A stretch of DNA of 44,237 nt from a virus (IMGVR_UViG_3300008255_000197:1-44237); one strand, 5' to 3'. Counted from the stretch's first letter, positions 28,247 through 37,443 are shown. Numbers and translations: made by a program. The notes: a model not told the origin generated them from the letters alone.

Positions 28247-28722
28247 AGGTTCTCGAACTCCTTCTGGCGCAGGAACCGGATGTAGTTGGCGGGCTTGAGG
28301 GTCGTGGTCTGAACGAAGTCCCCAAACGCCACGGAATTGTTGCCGAGCTTGGCGACGTTCTCTGCCGACCACGGCATCTCCGTGACGCCAGGGCCAAAGT
28401 CCTGCTCCAGATCGCGAAGGGTGATCTCCGCGCCCAGCAGCTCGGAAAGAACGTCCGGCGTCAGGCCGCTCCAGCCCTTCACCGTATCCGTCAGGAACTC
28501 GGCGAGAAGCGCCTCATTGTGCGACTTCCAACACGGCTCCCCGGTCAGCTCGTCCGTGTCCTTGTAGCGGTGCTTGTTCTGCAATCGCTCCATGTCCTCT
28601 CTCTGGAGGAACACAGCCTGAATCACGAACAACCCCCACTTCGTCTTGACCGTGACGGGCTGGTTCCGCGCCACGCCTCGCTTGTGCTGTACGGTCCTGC
28701 CCCAGAAACTTCCGTTTGCCAT
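28177..28722 (-). CDS. tail assembly chaperone (gpG-like)
   Basis: Between tail tube and tape measure; VKGWSGL..MPWSAENV motif; AAGGAAGAAGG RBS. Confidence 0.8.
   Translation of the reverse strand: MANGSFWGRTVQHKRGVARNQPVTVKTKWGLFVIQAVFLQREDMERLQNKHRYKDTDELTGEPCWKSHNEALLAEFLTDTVKGWSGLTPDVLSELLGAEITLRDLEQDFGPGVTEMPWSAENVAKLGNNSVAFGDFVQTTTLKPANYIRFLRQKEFENLGNSPSDGRSETPTSDSPSAESA
28240..28246 (-). other. programmed -1 ribosomal frameshift site G GGA AAC
   Basis: X XXY YYZ heptamer in the correct phase (CTG GGA AAC, Leu-Gly-Asn) joining the two chaperone ORFs. Confidence 0.85.
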
Positions 28723-28749
28723 GCCCTTCTTCCTTTCTGTTTACCGCCC

Positions 28750-28767
28750 GATTACTTCGTAGTAATC
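28750..28767. repeat. dispersed palindrome copy 10 (GATTACTTCGTAGTAATC)
   Basis: Most symmetric copy (7-bp perfect arms); intergenic between tail tube and chaperone. Confidence 0.9.
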
Positions 28768-28789
28768 AAACGGTACGGAGATTGTGATG

Positions 28790-28818
28790 GGGGCGGGGAC
28801 CGTCGTGGTCCCCGCCCC
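28790..28818 (-). terminator. GC-rich hairpin after tail tube gene (no U-tract)
   Basis: GGGGCGGGGACC-N5-GGTCCCCGCCCC, 12-bp perfect stem 13 nt after the stop. Confidence 0.5.
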
Positions 28819-28831
28819 GAAAGATACCGAC

Positions 28832-30313
28832 TTACGCAGCGCCGATGGTGAGCAACATCTCGTCGTTGCCCGCCGTCGTTCCGAGTGGTGCGATTTCAGT
28901 GCTCATGACGATTTCCTCACGCCCCGCCTGGTTCGTCTTGCTCATGAACAAGGTCTGGGCGAAGGAGAGCTTCATGACCCGGGCGGGACTCAGCACGTTC
29001 GTACCGACCGACGCCTCGACCGTCCGTAGCAACTGAAGCCGAGCCGACACGTTGTCACCCACGTCCGCCTCACGCTCAAACTTAGAGATGGTGACGCGGA
29101 TGTTGCGCTTGCCGGGAGCGCCGATGGTCTCTGCCGTCCGCAGCCCGTCCTTCTCGTCGTCGTAAAACTCGCGACCGACGCGAAAGCGGATCTGCGTGGT
29201 GATCGGCTTAACCACGCCGTTGTCGAAGAGAACGGGACCGAACTTGCCGTGTAGCGGGGCGAACGCCACGTTGCCCGCCGCTTCTAGCTGCCCCACCGGA
29301 GTCGGGAACCAGGGGGTGATGATCGAACCGGCTGCGTGCGCCTTGGTCATGGCGTAGGTGCCGTCACCGGGGGTCGTCCCCGTCGTGTTGCCCGGGATGA
29401 ACCCGCGAATCACCGTGATTGTGTCGGCATAGGAATCGACCGCCGAGATCAAGTGAACGCCCGCCGAAGCATCCACGGTCGGAAAGACCGATGTACTGGC
29501 ATCGTGAATGTACACGATACCGCCCACCATGAACCGCTTGCCGTGTCCCGCCGGAAGCTGAACCACTTCCGGGACCGCCGTGACCGGGGGGTTGGGGAGG
29601 GTGACCGCCAGCGAGCCCGAAGCGATGCTCGACTTGCCCGTCAGGATCTGCTCGATAAACCGTCCCGACCAGTCGATGGAGGCGATGCTGTCGCCGTTCA
29701 TGTTGAACGTGACCTCATCGACTGCACAGCCTCGGTGGTATTGGGCCTGTCGGAACCCGACGAGGCGGAACGAGGAGAACGTCAGCGGGTCATCCAGCAG
29801 CGAATACTCCAGCCGCAGGATGGGGTTGTTGCCCGCCGCCGGGTTTGGGTCATACGCCGCCTGATCGTTCACAAGACGCATGACGATCTTTCCGAAGGCA
29901 CTCATAAGAAGGTGATGGATCTCAGGAAGCACGGGCTGAAGGGCCAACGACGCCGAGGGGATGGTCGCGTACGGCTTGCAGTACGTGGAGAAGTTGAACC
30001 GGCCCGGCGTCAGACGCCCGAGAACCAGTGGCTGCTCCGAACGGGAGTTGGCCAGCTCCTCGTTGGGAAGCATCTCGTCCGTCTGCTCCCAGATCGAATT
30101 CGTTCCGAACGGAACGACGACCCGAGGGGAGCCCTGACCATAGGTCTGCTCCGCACCATCGGCAGTCGAAGCCCACGGCTCGTCGATGGGGTCTGCCAGA
30201 CTCTGTGGCGGCAGCGTCAGCAGCACGGGCAGATCGGCGATTGCCCGTGCCGGGTTCTCCTGGACAGTGACGAGGATGTCCTGCCTCTTGAGAGCGATTC
30301 GACTCGTTGTCAT
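28832..30313 (-). CDS. major tail tube protein (siphovirus) with inserted domain
   Basis: Synteny; QYHRGCAVDEVTFNMNGDSIASIDWSG tube motif; strongly biased codon use; no sheath gene in the module. Confidence 0.75.
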   Translation of the reverse strand: MTTSRIALKRQDILVTVQENPARAIADLPVLLTLPPQSLADPIDEPWASTADGAEQTYGQGSPRVVVPFGTNSIWEQTDEMLPNEELANSRSEQPLVLGRLTPGRFNFSTYCKPYATIPSASLALQPVLPEIHHLLMSAFGKIVMRLVNDQAAYDPNPAAGNNPILRLEYSLLDDPLTFSSFRLVGFRQAQYHRGCAVDEVTFNMNGDSIASIDWSGRFIEQILTGKSSIASGSLAVTLPNPPVTAVPEVVQLPAGHGKRFMVGGIVYIHDASTSVFPTVDASAGVHLISAVDSYADTITVIRGFIPGNTTGTTPGDGTYAMTKAHAAGSIITPWFPTPVGQLEAAGNVAFAPLHGKFGPVLFDNGVVKPITTQIRFRVGREFYDDEKDGLRTAETIGAPGKRNIRVTISKFEREADVGDNVSARLQLLRTVEASVGTNVLSPARVMKLSFAQTLFMSKTNQAGREEIVMSTEIAPLGTTAGNDEMLLTIGAA

Positions 30314-30378
30314 GTCACACTTCCTTTGATGAGCGGTGGGTCACACGCGCTCCCGAGAGGAGGGCCGAGGCCCGTGAA

Positions 30379-30669
30379 TTACTTGGACGCCTTCTTCTGG
30401 AATGTCAGCTTGAAGCACGGGTGGCCGACGTAGGAGCTGATCTGATGCTCGGGGACCAGCACCGGAGGCTTGCCCCGGATGATCTGGGGGTGACCGGCGA
30501 ACGACTTTCCAGCGCCGACACCGACATACTGAACGTAGGCATCGTAGTCCTTGCGCAGGCCGGGGTAGCCGTACTCGTCAACCGTCTTCTTCGAGGAGGC
30601 AGGGACATCCAGAACCAACTTCTCGGGCTCCACACCATCCTTGGCCTTGGGGGTAGTCTTGTTGGACAT
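30379..30669 (-). CDS. hypothetical virion-module protein (96 aa)
   Basis: TAAGGAGG RBS; position before the tail tube. Confidence 0.7.
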   Translation of the reverse strand: MSNKTTPKAKDGVEPEKLVLDVPASSKKTVDEYGYPGLRKDYDAYVQYVGVGAGKSFAGHPQIIRGKPPVLVPEHQISSYVGHPCFKLTFQKKASK

Positions 30670-30683
30670 TGATCGCCGCCTCC

Positions 30684-31136
30684 TTATGCAGCAAACTGAG
30701 AGATTGTCACAATGTCAACCTTCAGCATGTACATCTGAAGGGGGTAAATGGTCGTAGGTCCATGCCTGCGTTTGACTTCGCTGTTGGTTATCCTGGCCCC
30801 CCAGGAGGCGTCGAACACCATTAACCTCATGGTAATCGCATCCCGCACCGTCTTCACCTTGTTATCGACCCGCAAGAAAGCGTCGGAGCCCTCCTCCCAC
30901 TCGATAATGGCGAGGTATATATCGTAAAGAAAATGCCGCTCGACCTGCTCGTTCCCGAGGACGCTCTCAACCTCATCGGGTTCGGGGATGAACACAGCGT
31001 CCATCTGATCTTGGCGCACCATGTCCAGGTTCGGCTTCTCGAAAACTCTAGCTACGGTCTTGAACGTATCGCCACACACTATTTGAATCGTCTCGCGAAG
31101 ACGCTCGGTGATCACATGTCCATCTGAGGGATTCAT
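30684..31136 (-). CDS. tail terminator/completion-like protein 2
   Basis: Neck-region synteny; helix - FKTVARV - DAVFI - beta pattern similar to the neighbouring gene. Confidence 0.5.
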   Translation of the reverse strand: MNPSDGHVITERLRETIQIVCGDTFKTVARVFEKPNLDMVRQDQMDAVFIPEPDEVESVLGNEQVERHFLYDIYLAIIEWEEGSDAFLRVDNKVKTVRDAITMRLMVFDASWGARITNSEVKRRHGPTTIYPLQMYMLKVDIVTISQFAA

Positions 31137-31663
31137 TCACTGTCTCCGTAATACACAATGTCTACGGCCATAATCATCACAGCCATGGGGAAGTGATAAC
31201 CCTCATCCAAGGCCGTACCCTCCACAGTCAGCTTGTACGCCAAGCGACGCCCGGTGGACGTGACGAGGTACTTGTTGGCCCGAAGCCGTTGCGTCACTTC
31301 CTCTTTGAAGAGGTGGACAGCGGTGGCCATCTTTCCATGTTGATTGTGCGTGTCGGGATCTTGCGCCTGCCAGTCCACCACACACACGAGGATGACCAGA
31401 TTGTAGGACACCTTCTTGCGATACAAATCCTCCAACACCTGGATGACCGGATCGTCCGAGACCTCATTCAGAAAGATGGCGGGAAACCGGAAGTTTCCGT
31501 CTGGTGTGATCTGGTCCCAGTCCTCTCGCTGACGCTCCACGACGGCAACCGTCTGAGAGAATCCGTTCGCCGTCGTGATGCCCTGCAAAAGAGCTTGCAG
31601 CTCAACGGAAATTTCTTCCAGATCCGTCAACACGGGCGAACTTTTGCCGAGTGTTTCGCTCAT
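31133..31663 (-). CDS. tail terminator/completion-like protein 1
   Basis: LQGITTANGFSQTV..FPAIFL..VDIVY pattern typical of tail-completion proteins; synteny. Confidence 0.6.
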   Translation of the reverse strand: MSETLGKSSPVLTDLEEISVELQALLQGITTANGFSQTVAVVERQREDWDQITPDGNFRFPAIFLNEVSDDPVIQVLEDLYRKKVSYNLVILVCVVDWQAQDPDTHNQHGKMATAVHLFKEEVTQRLRANKYLVTSTGRRLAYKLTVEGTALDEGYHFPMAVMIMAVDIVYYGDSE

Positions 31664-32436
31664 ACGCCCTTCACCGCGTTATTGAATCGGGCGACCAAAT
31701 CTTCTCGAACCCGTTCCGCTCGACGCTCGAAGTTTCGCATGGCGATCTTGAAAAACGACGTAGCGCGAATACCCCGCCGCTGAACATCGGAGAACAAGTA
31801 GTAGTGTCCACCACCGGCGTTGGGGGCCATCCGCGAAGCATTGGGGAAGGCGCTGGCCGGGAAGTAAAGATTGACCTTCCCGGTCTGCTTTACCCCTTTG
31901 GCCGCGATACCCCGCGTCCGAAAACTGTTTCGACGACTTCCCGCGAAGATATTCTTCGCTGCTCGGGAGGATCGACTTGCGGTGCCGCTCTCCAGCCACC
32001 GTAGCAAGGGGCGAAACTTCGTCTCGTTGACAATCCGATGTCGAATCGTCAAGCCCTGAGAACGGTCGGGGCGACGACGGGCACCAGGAGCCCCCCCGGA
32101 GCCTTCCGCACCGTCCATCTTCCACATGGACCAGAGCCGCGTCTTCCCCTTCAAGCGTTCGTCTGCGGGCCTCCCACGACCCTTGGGCGGGGTGAGGTTC
32201 TTCAAGTCCTCCACCGTTTTTGCCATGAGCCTGACCACGGCATCATCCAAGTCTTCCATGGACAGGGCGGTCTTGGCAGCAGACACCGCTTTCAGGAATC
32301 GTTCCATACCGAACACAACCCGGAATTTAACCCCCGTAAACACCTGTGTCCGCCCCGTTGGACCGAAGGACATTGGTAAACTTTGCGGCGGGATTCTATG
32401 CCGCTTTCCGGGGAAAAAATCGTTTGCAGAGATCAT
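31660..32436 (-). CDS. neck protein, HK97 gp10-like
   Basis: Basic protein; KNLTP, WLESGT, RGIRATSFFKIA resemble gp10-family motifs; synteny. Confidence 0.55.
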   Translation of the reverse strand: MISANDFFPGKRHRIPPQSLPMSFGPTGRTQVFTGVKFRVVFGMERFLKAVSAAKTALSMEDLDDAVVRLMAKTVEDLKNLTPPKGRGRPADERLKGKTRLWSMWKMDGAEGSGGAPGARRRPDRSQGLTIRHRIVNETKFRPLLRWLESGTASRSSRAAKNIFAGSRRNSFRTRGIAAKGVKQTGKVNLYFPASAFPNASRMAPNAGGGHYYLFSDVQRRGIRATSFFKIAMRNFERRAERVREDLVARFNNAVKGV

Positions 32437-32438
32437 CG

Positions 32439-32456
32439 GATTACCACAAAGTAATC
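32439..32456. repeat. dispersed palindrome copy 11 (GATTACCACAAAGTAATC)
   Basis: Overlaps TGA 32455 and ends 2 nt before ATG 32436. Confidence 0.9.
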
Positions 32457-33180
32457 AGCCCAGACGAGTGCCGCCTCGGGTGAAGGCTTCCTTGGACTCG
32501 CGAAGCATCTTGCACTCGAACTCGTCTTTCTTCTCATTGCCGTCTGAAGCGATGCGCTTCCCGGCACTATAGATCACCCTCCGGCCATCCCCACGGTTCA
32601 CCCCGGCCAAATTCTCCCTCTTATTGGCAAGTGCGTGAAGACATTTGAACGAGGCGTAAAGAACCACGTACTCCCGATAGTTATCGGGTAGTGTGGCGAG
32701 GGTCCAGAGCTTCATGGCCAGGTAAAGATACGTCCGAACGGCGGACGGTTCTGGCATGATCTTTAGGATCTTAGACTGACTGTCGAATGTCCAGTCACGA
32801 CCCTGACGAATATCCTGCTGAAAGTCCTTAATCTTGAGAATTGTCCAAAGGCTGGGGTTGTCGTACAGCTCCCGAGCCTCAAACACGACTCCATTACCTT
32901 CCGGCGGAAACACGAAGGTATCGCCCGTAGCGGAAGAAGTCTCTCGGGGGAAAGTAACCTGAGCGATAGCCACAAGCCCGGTCACCGCCGACAGATCGTA
33001 AGATTGTTGACTTTCGACAGAGACTAGGCTCCTAGCCTCCCGAGCATGCACCCACTTGGAAATCTCCACGACAGAATCGTCAATCTTCTGATCGACGAAG
33101 GTGTTGGCCAACTCTGCCGGAGCGGGCGATCCGCACTCGATAAGAATCTCTGGCCGAAGACTGTCCTTGGTGAGTGTCAT
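32455..33180 (-). CDS. head-tail adaptor / head completion protein
   Basis: Synteny after the capsid; QQSYDL, LKIMPEP, LPDNYREYVVLYA adaptor-like motifs. Confidence 0.6.
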   Translation of the reverse strand: MTLTKDSLRPEILIECGSPAPAELANTFVDQKIDDSVVEISKWVHAREARSLVSVESQQSYDLSAVTGLVAIAQVTFPRETSSATGDTFVFPPEGNGVVFEARELYDNPSLWTILKIKDFQQDIRQGRDWTFDSQSKILKIMPEPSAVRTYLYLAMKLWTLATLPDNYREYVVLYASFKCLHALANKRENLAGVNRGDGRRVIYSAGKRIASDGNEKKDEFECKMLRESKEAFTRGGTRLG

Positions 33181-33211
33181 GATTTTCTTCCCCCAAGAAA
33201 CCTCTCAGCGA

Positions 33212-33712
33212 CTACTTCTTGCCCTTGGACCTGCCCCGCGCCGGAACCTTGATGGCGAGCTGGGCCTGGGGCTCCTCCTCGTCATCCTCCTGATCCTCGT
33301 CGGCCTCTCCGTCGTCGTCCTCGTCCTCCTGTGCGGCTGCCTCGACGGCGGCACGGCGGCTCTCCTCCTCGGCCAGCGCAGCGTCCGAGAGCGTCTGCTT
33401 GGCGGCAGACATCTTCTTGGTGGGCGTGGTTGCCGTAGCCACCGGGGCGGGACGGCGGCGGAAGTCCTCGATGGAATCCGCTCGCGGGCCGACGACACGA
33501 GCCTCGTCCACCTCGCCCGTGTAGGGCGACAGGAGAGAGTGAACCTCGCACGACGACCGGTACAGCTCCCCCTGGACACAGAAGCCCAGGGGAATGGTGA
33601 TGGAGATGCCCGCGACGAGGTTGATCGTCATGCTTCTCCCGTGACGGGTCTTGTCGTTGATAAACAGCGGGCCACCCTTGGGGTCGGCCTTCCTCGGTAC
33701 AGCGTAATTCAT
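33212..33712 (-). CDS. hypothetical protein with acidic C-terminal region
   Basis: AAGGAAGGCAGGAAGG RBS; DEDDDGEADEDQEDDEEE tract; directly after the capsid gene. Confidence 0.7.
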   Translation of the reverse strand: MNYAVPRKADPKGGPLFINDKTRHGRSMTINLVAGISITIPLGFCVQGELYRSSCEVHSLLSPYTGEVDEARVVGPRADSIEDFRRRPAPVATATTPTKKMSAAKQTLSDAALAEEESRRAAVEAAAQEDEDDDGEADEDQEDDEEEPQAQLAIKVPARGRSKGKK

Positions 33713-33735
33713 AGCCTTCCTGCCTTCCTTTCGTC

Positions 33736-33778
33736 TGAGTAGGCAACGGCCTCACCGGTGGAGGCCGTTACCCGCTCA
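33736..33778 (-). terminator. long hairpin after capsid gene (no U-tract)
   Basis: Core AACGGCCTC-N7-GAGGCCGTT, extendable to ~18 bp with G-U pairs on the minus strand. Confidence 0.5.
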
Positions 33779-33797
33779 CAATTGTTTCGTCCCGAGA

Positions 33798-35090
33798 CTA
33801 GGCGGGCACCCCGCTCGGGTTCGTGACCTTCACGATGCCGTAGTAGTCCGGGTTCAGCTTCTGCATGCCGTACCGATTCATGACGTAGCGGCCCCGCTGA
33901 CCCGTGAGGTCGTCGATCTCTGGGGACACATAGTCCATCATGTACGGGCAGAACGCCGTGCCCGAAGTCGTCGGCGAGCCTGACCGAGAGATGCAAAGGA
34001 TCAGCTCGTTGCCGTCGTCATCCACCTCGGGGAAGTCAGGGTCCACCCAGAGGTTGAAGCGGTTCGCGACGGAGCCCTGGAGGTACTGATTGCCAGTCAC
34101 GATCTGTCCGGGGGAACCGAACATCGTGTTGTTCAGGATCTTGGCGCTCCAGCTCTCCAGCTTCGTGAGACGGCTCTGACCGCTCAGACCGACGAGAAGG
34201 TCCGTGACCCGCTGGTACACGAGACCCCCGATGATCCGCTCCACGTCCACGATGGCATCGAAGATCGTAGCGTCATATGCCTTGCGGTGGAGGGTGATGT
34301 CCTTGTCGCCATCGAGGAACCCGGCGGCGTTCCACTCCTTCGTTCCGGCGACGGGGTACGCCTGATCGGGAGAGAACCCGTTGGCGTTCAGAAACTCCAG
34401 GTACAGCCACCCATTGCTCTGCCGCCGCAGGTCGATGAGGTTCATCTTCAGCATCTCGGCGTGCGCGTCGATGCTGTGGTACGCCTGGAGGTCCTGAAGC
34501 ACCTCAATGGGGACCACAGACTTCACCTTGTCCGTGTTGGCGCTGATGTCGGCGCCCCGGATCTTCGTCTTCGTATCGACGATGGTGGACCCGGGGGTGT
34601 TGTTACGAGCGTAGGAGCGGTTGAGGACGCGAAAGTTCTGCTCCGTGGCCCCAGCGCCGCCCGTCTCCCGGAAGTGGTCGATAGTGAACGCCTTGACCGT
34701 GGGCGTGGACGTTGGAATGGTCCCGGCCAAATCGAAGGCCAGGTTGTCGGGAAGGTTGTGACGCATCAGGATGATGCTCTGAGTCACGAACGGAGTCACG
34801 TCGGCTGCCGTCATGGCCTCCCAGAGAAACCGCTTCATGATCTTGGAATTCTCGATCATCTCAGGTCGGATGTGAAGTCCCTCACGGACCATGTTGTCGG
34901 CGCTGATCTCAAACGACTGCCGGGCCGAGTCCACCAGACCCTCGGACATGAAATCCCATCGCGCCTTCCGAATGGGATCTTCCGCGAGACCGTCCAGGGT
35001 CGCACGGTACATCTGGGGGATCTTGCTCGCGAACGAGCCAGCCCGCCCACCTGCCATCGCCCTCGGCGAGTAACCGATGCCGCTGCTCAT
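33798..35090 (-). CDS. major capsid protein, T4 gp23-like
   Basis: C-terminal AFCPY..DDLTGQRGRYVMNRYG..NPDYYG matches the gp23-family CPY..TRYG pattern; GAGGAGGAG RBS; 430 aa. Confidence 0.85.
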   Translation of the reverse strand: MSSGIGYSPRAMAGGRAGSFASKIPQMYRATLDGLAEDPIRKARWDFMSEGLVDSARQSFEISADNMVREGLHIRPEMIENSKIMKRFLWEAMTAADVTPFVTQSIILMRHNLPDNLAFDLAGTIPTSTPTVKAFTIDHFRETGGAGATEQNFRVLNRSYARNNTPGSTIVDTKTKIRGADISANTDKVKSVVPIEVLQDLQAYHSIDAHAEMLKMNLIDLRRQSNGWLYLEFLNANGFSPDQAYPVAGTKEWNAAGFLDGDKDITLHRKAYDATIFDAIVDVERIIGGLVYQRVTDLLVGLSGQSRLTKLESWSAKILNNTMFGSPGQIVTGNQYLQGSVANRFNLWVDPDFPEVDDDGNELILCISRSGSPTTSGTAFCPYMMDYVSPEIDDLTGQRGRYVMNRYGMQKLNPDYYGIVKVTNPSGVPA

Positions 35091-35161
35091 GCTATTCTCC
35101 TCCTCAATCGATCACTGGCCGAGGCCAGAATCAACAAGTACAGGTCTCGTTTCTACTGCCT

Positions 35162-35923
35162 TCAGTTGCCTTCCGTCGCCTTGCTACCGTTCTTCACGGT
35201 GCCCGGGTTCATCCTGGCTTCCCAGTCCTTGTACGCCTGCGACTCCTCGATGGAATCGTCTCCGCCGAAGAGGGAGCCCCGGGTCTCCAACAGGTGACTG
35301 AAGCCCGCACCAGACTTGGTGCTCTCGACGACCGGCGCCGCCGACTGGAGGCTCTTGGCCGCTGCGAGGGACCGCTGGATGACAGCGTTGGCCTCATCGA
35401 TGGTCTTGGGGGCCGCGAACTTGATCTGCTCGGAAACGAACGAACGGACGGTCGCCTCCGTCACGTCGGCAAGCACGCGGTTGACGTGAGTCTCAACCTT
35501 CTGGCTGGCGAGATCCGATGCGATCTTGCCGAGCGACTCCTTGAGGGCGACGTTCTCGTTCTCGGCGAGAAACAAGCGTCGCTTGATCTCCTTGCTCGAA
35601 GCCGTCTCCATCACAGTGGCGGCGGAGGGCGCCGTGGAATCCTTGACCTCCTCTTCCTCCTCAGCCTCCTTCTTCGCGAAAGGATTCTTCGCCTCAACGG
35701 TCATGTCCTTCAGGCCCTCAACGATGAGCTGGAGGGTCTGCTTCTGCATGCCCTCCAGAACCTCACCACTGTTGGCCCGACGAACGATGGTGTCCACCTC
35801 GGCCTGAACAGCCTTGGGAAGCTCAGCCTCCAGAATCGAGGTGCGAAGCGTGGCCGCGTTCTCCTTGAGAAGTTCGGCGCACAGGTCCGGGTACTTCTCC
35901 TGCAACTCCTTCAGATTCTTCAT
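35162..35923 (-). CDS. nested scaffold protein from internal in-frame start (~253 aa)
   Basis: AGGAGGA 6 nt upstream of in-frame ATG 35923 (MKNLKELQEKYPDL). Confidence 0.65.
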   Translation of the reverse strand: MKNLKELQEKYPDLCAELLKENAATLRTSILEAELPKAVQAEVDTIVRRANSGEVLEGMQKQTLQLIVEGLKDMTVEAKNPFAKKEAEEEEEVKDSTAPSAATVMETASSKEIKRRLFLAENENVALKESLGKIASDLASQKVETHVNRVLADVTEATVRSFVSEQIKFAAPKTIDEANAVIQRSLAAAKSLQSAAPVVESTKSGAGFSHLLETRGSLFGGDDSIEESQAYKDWEARMNPGTVKNGSKATEGN

Positions 35924-36634
35924 AATACATTCCTCCTGTCCTCTTTCTCGGAGAGTAATGCACTCTCTTTCCGTGATTTCCTGTGTCAGAACCTCATCCA
36001 ATTCCACTCCCGCTGCAACTTCACTTGGGTTCAAGACGAAATCGAAGATGTCGAGATAATAGTTATCCTGAACATTTGCGACCACGCCATGAGGCGCAAT
36101 CTCCTTTTTCTCCGTGGCCCCATAACCCCGGGAACTCACTCCTGGTCTACCCCCCGCCTCCAGGATCGACAAAATATGACTGCCCCAAAAACTCCTACAA
36201 AGAATCGCCACCCCCCACAACTCCTTACCCTCCCACCACAAATCCTCCAGAATCGCCGCCACGTCTCGAATCTGAGGGACGGCCACCTTCTTCACACCCT
36301 CATCCGTCTTCACGTCCATGTTGGGCAGAGGGTGATCCACATTCATCATCCCCGAACCCCGCTTCGCCCGGGCCAAGACCTTGATCCTCTCCCGCTCCAA
36401 AAGATCCCAAGAGTAATACCGACCGTTCTGATTCTTCGTCTCCGCGATGGAGAAAATACCGCGAACCCGAGGACGAGTCCTCACCTCGGAGACTGTCAAG
36501 AACTCTCCCGCCAGAGACTGAGCCTCCTCCAGAGAGACGCGAGAAGTCTCGACCAGGACCAATTCCGAGGCAACATACTCGACCAATAGTCGGCGCCCAA
36601 CGCCCGGACCTTCATTCAATGGCTCGTGAATCAT
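35162..36634 (-). CDS. prohead protease (T4 gp21-like) fused to scaffold
   Basis: Start re-called at ATG 36634 (GGAG RBS); KNQNGRYY, VDHP, GVSSRGYG, FDFVLNPS; Glu-rich coiled-coil C-terminal half. Confidence 0.85.
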   Translation of the reverse strand: MIHEPLNEGPGVGRRLLVEYVASELVLVETSRVSLEEAQSLAGEFLTVSEVRTRPRVRGIFSIAETKNQNGRYYSWDLLERERIKVLARAKRGSGMMNVDHPLPNMDVKTDEGVKKVAVPQIRDVAAILEDLWWEGKELWGVAILCRSFWGSHILSILEAGGRPGVSSRGYGATEKKEIAPHGVVANVQDNYYLDIFDFVLNPSEVAAGVELDEVLTQEITERECITLRERGQEECIMKNLKELQEKYPDLCAELLKENAATLRTSILEAELPKAVQAEVDTIVRRANSGEVLEGMQKQTLQLIVEGLKDMTVEAKNPFAKKEAEEEEEVKDSTAPSAATVMETASSKEIKRRLFLAENENVALKESLGKIASDLASQKVETHVNRVLADVTEATVRSFVSEQIKFAAPKTIDEANAVIQRSLAAAKSLQSAAPVVESTKSGAGFSHLLETRGSLFGGDDSIEESQAYKDWEARMNPGTVKNGSKATEGN

Positions 36635-37011
36635 AGCTCTCCACCCGTTACTTCGAGGTAATCCGGTTCCGGTTCCTGCCCCAGTAAGATGGAGCTTCCG
36701 CCACATGGGCAGGCGGGGACGCTTCGCAGGGAGATGTCACTCGATCCGCATGCATTGGGGCACGGTACGGCGCGTCCTGTCCCTAGCAAAGCTCGAATGA
36801 ATGACGACTTGTGCTCTTGAAAGATACGGTGTGCGTCATCCTTGAACTCTCGAAATTCGGGATTAGTTTCGCCGCCACAAACCGCCTTGCCCCGCGACAA
36901 GACAGCCTTGAACGCCCGCATCAGAGACAGGTGAAACAAGCCGGATACGTCCAGATCCTTCTCTGGAAGACGAAGCCCGGCGAAAGCTATTCGACTCTGA
37001 AGGGCTTCCAC
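36631..37011 (-). CDS. hypothetical protein with Cys cluster
   Basis: Tightly packed between head genes; CPNAC..CPCG; ATGA overlap with the protease start. Confidence 0.5.
   Translation of the reverse strand: MEALQSRIAFAGLRLPEKDLDVSGLFHLSLMRAFKAVLSRGKAVCGGETNPEFREFKDDAHRIFQEHKSSFIRALLGTGRAVPCPNACGSSDISLRSVPACPCGGSSILLGQEPEPDYLEVTGGEL
36646..36663. repeat. dispersed palindrome copy 12 (CGTTACTTCGAGGTAATC)
   Basis: Immediately upstream of the RBS of the protease start at 36634. Confidence 0.85.
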
Positions 37012-37014
37012 CGC

Positions 37015-37443
37015 TTACTTCTCGCTGTCCGAGGACAACGCAGTTACGATTCGCCGGAACTTGGTGGCCGGGAGGAACTTGCGCCCTGCCGTCGCCTCGA
37101 CGATCCGACGCACGCTCGACACCGGTTTGCCGGAAACCTCTGAGAGCGTTTCCATCAGACCGTTGGTGAAACAGAACGGCTTGGACAAATCGGCGATCTT
37201 CTGCGCCGCCACCTCCCGAACAATCACCGCCTCCACCATCTGCTGCCGCTGCTCGGAGACGGCGCCCATCGAAAGTGGAGAAGCGCTTCCATAGGTCGAA
37301 ATATTGATGGAGAACCCGAGATACGACAACAGCTTCTGTACCGTCGCCCGCAGCTCGCCCTCCACTTTCTTTCTCTCCTCGGGCGGCAGCTCCCAGAGAC
37401 CTTCCGAAATGACCCACTGATTGTCTTCCGTCAACTTGAGCAT
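37015..37443 (-). CDS. hypothetical protein (142 aa), possible C-terminal HTH
   Basis: Start re-called at ATG 37443 (GGGAGG RBS, 1 nt after the portal stop); METLSEVSGKPVSSVRRIVE is HTH-like. Confidence 0.6.
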   Translation of the reverse strand: MLKLTEDNQWVISEGLWELPPEERKKVEGELRATVQKLLSYLGFSINISTYGSASPLSMGAVSEQRQQMVEAVIVREVAAQKIADLSKPFCFTNGLMETLSEVSGKPVSSVRRIVEATAGRKFLPATKFRRIVTALSSDSEK

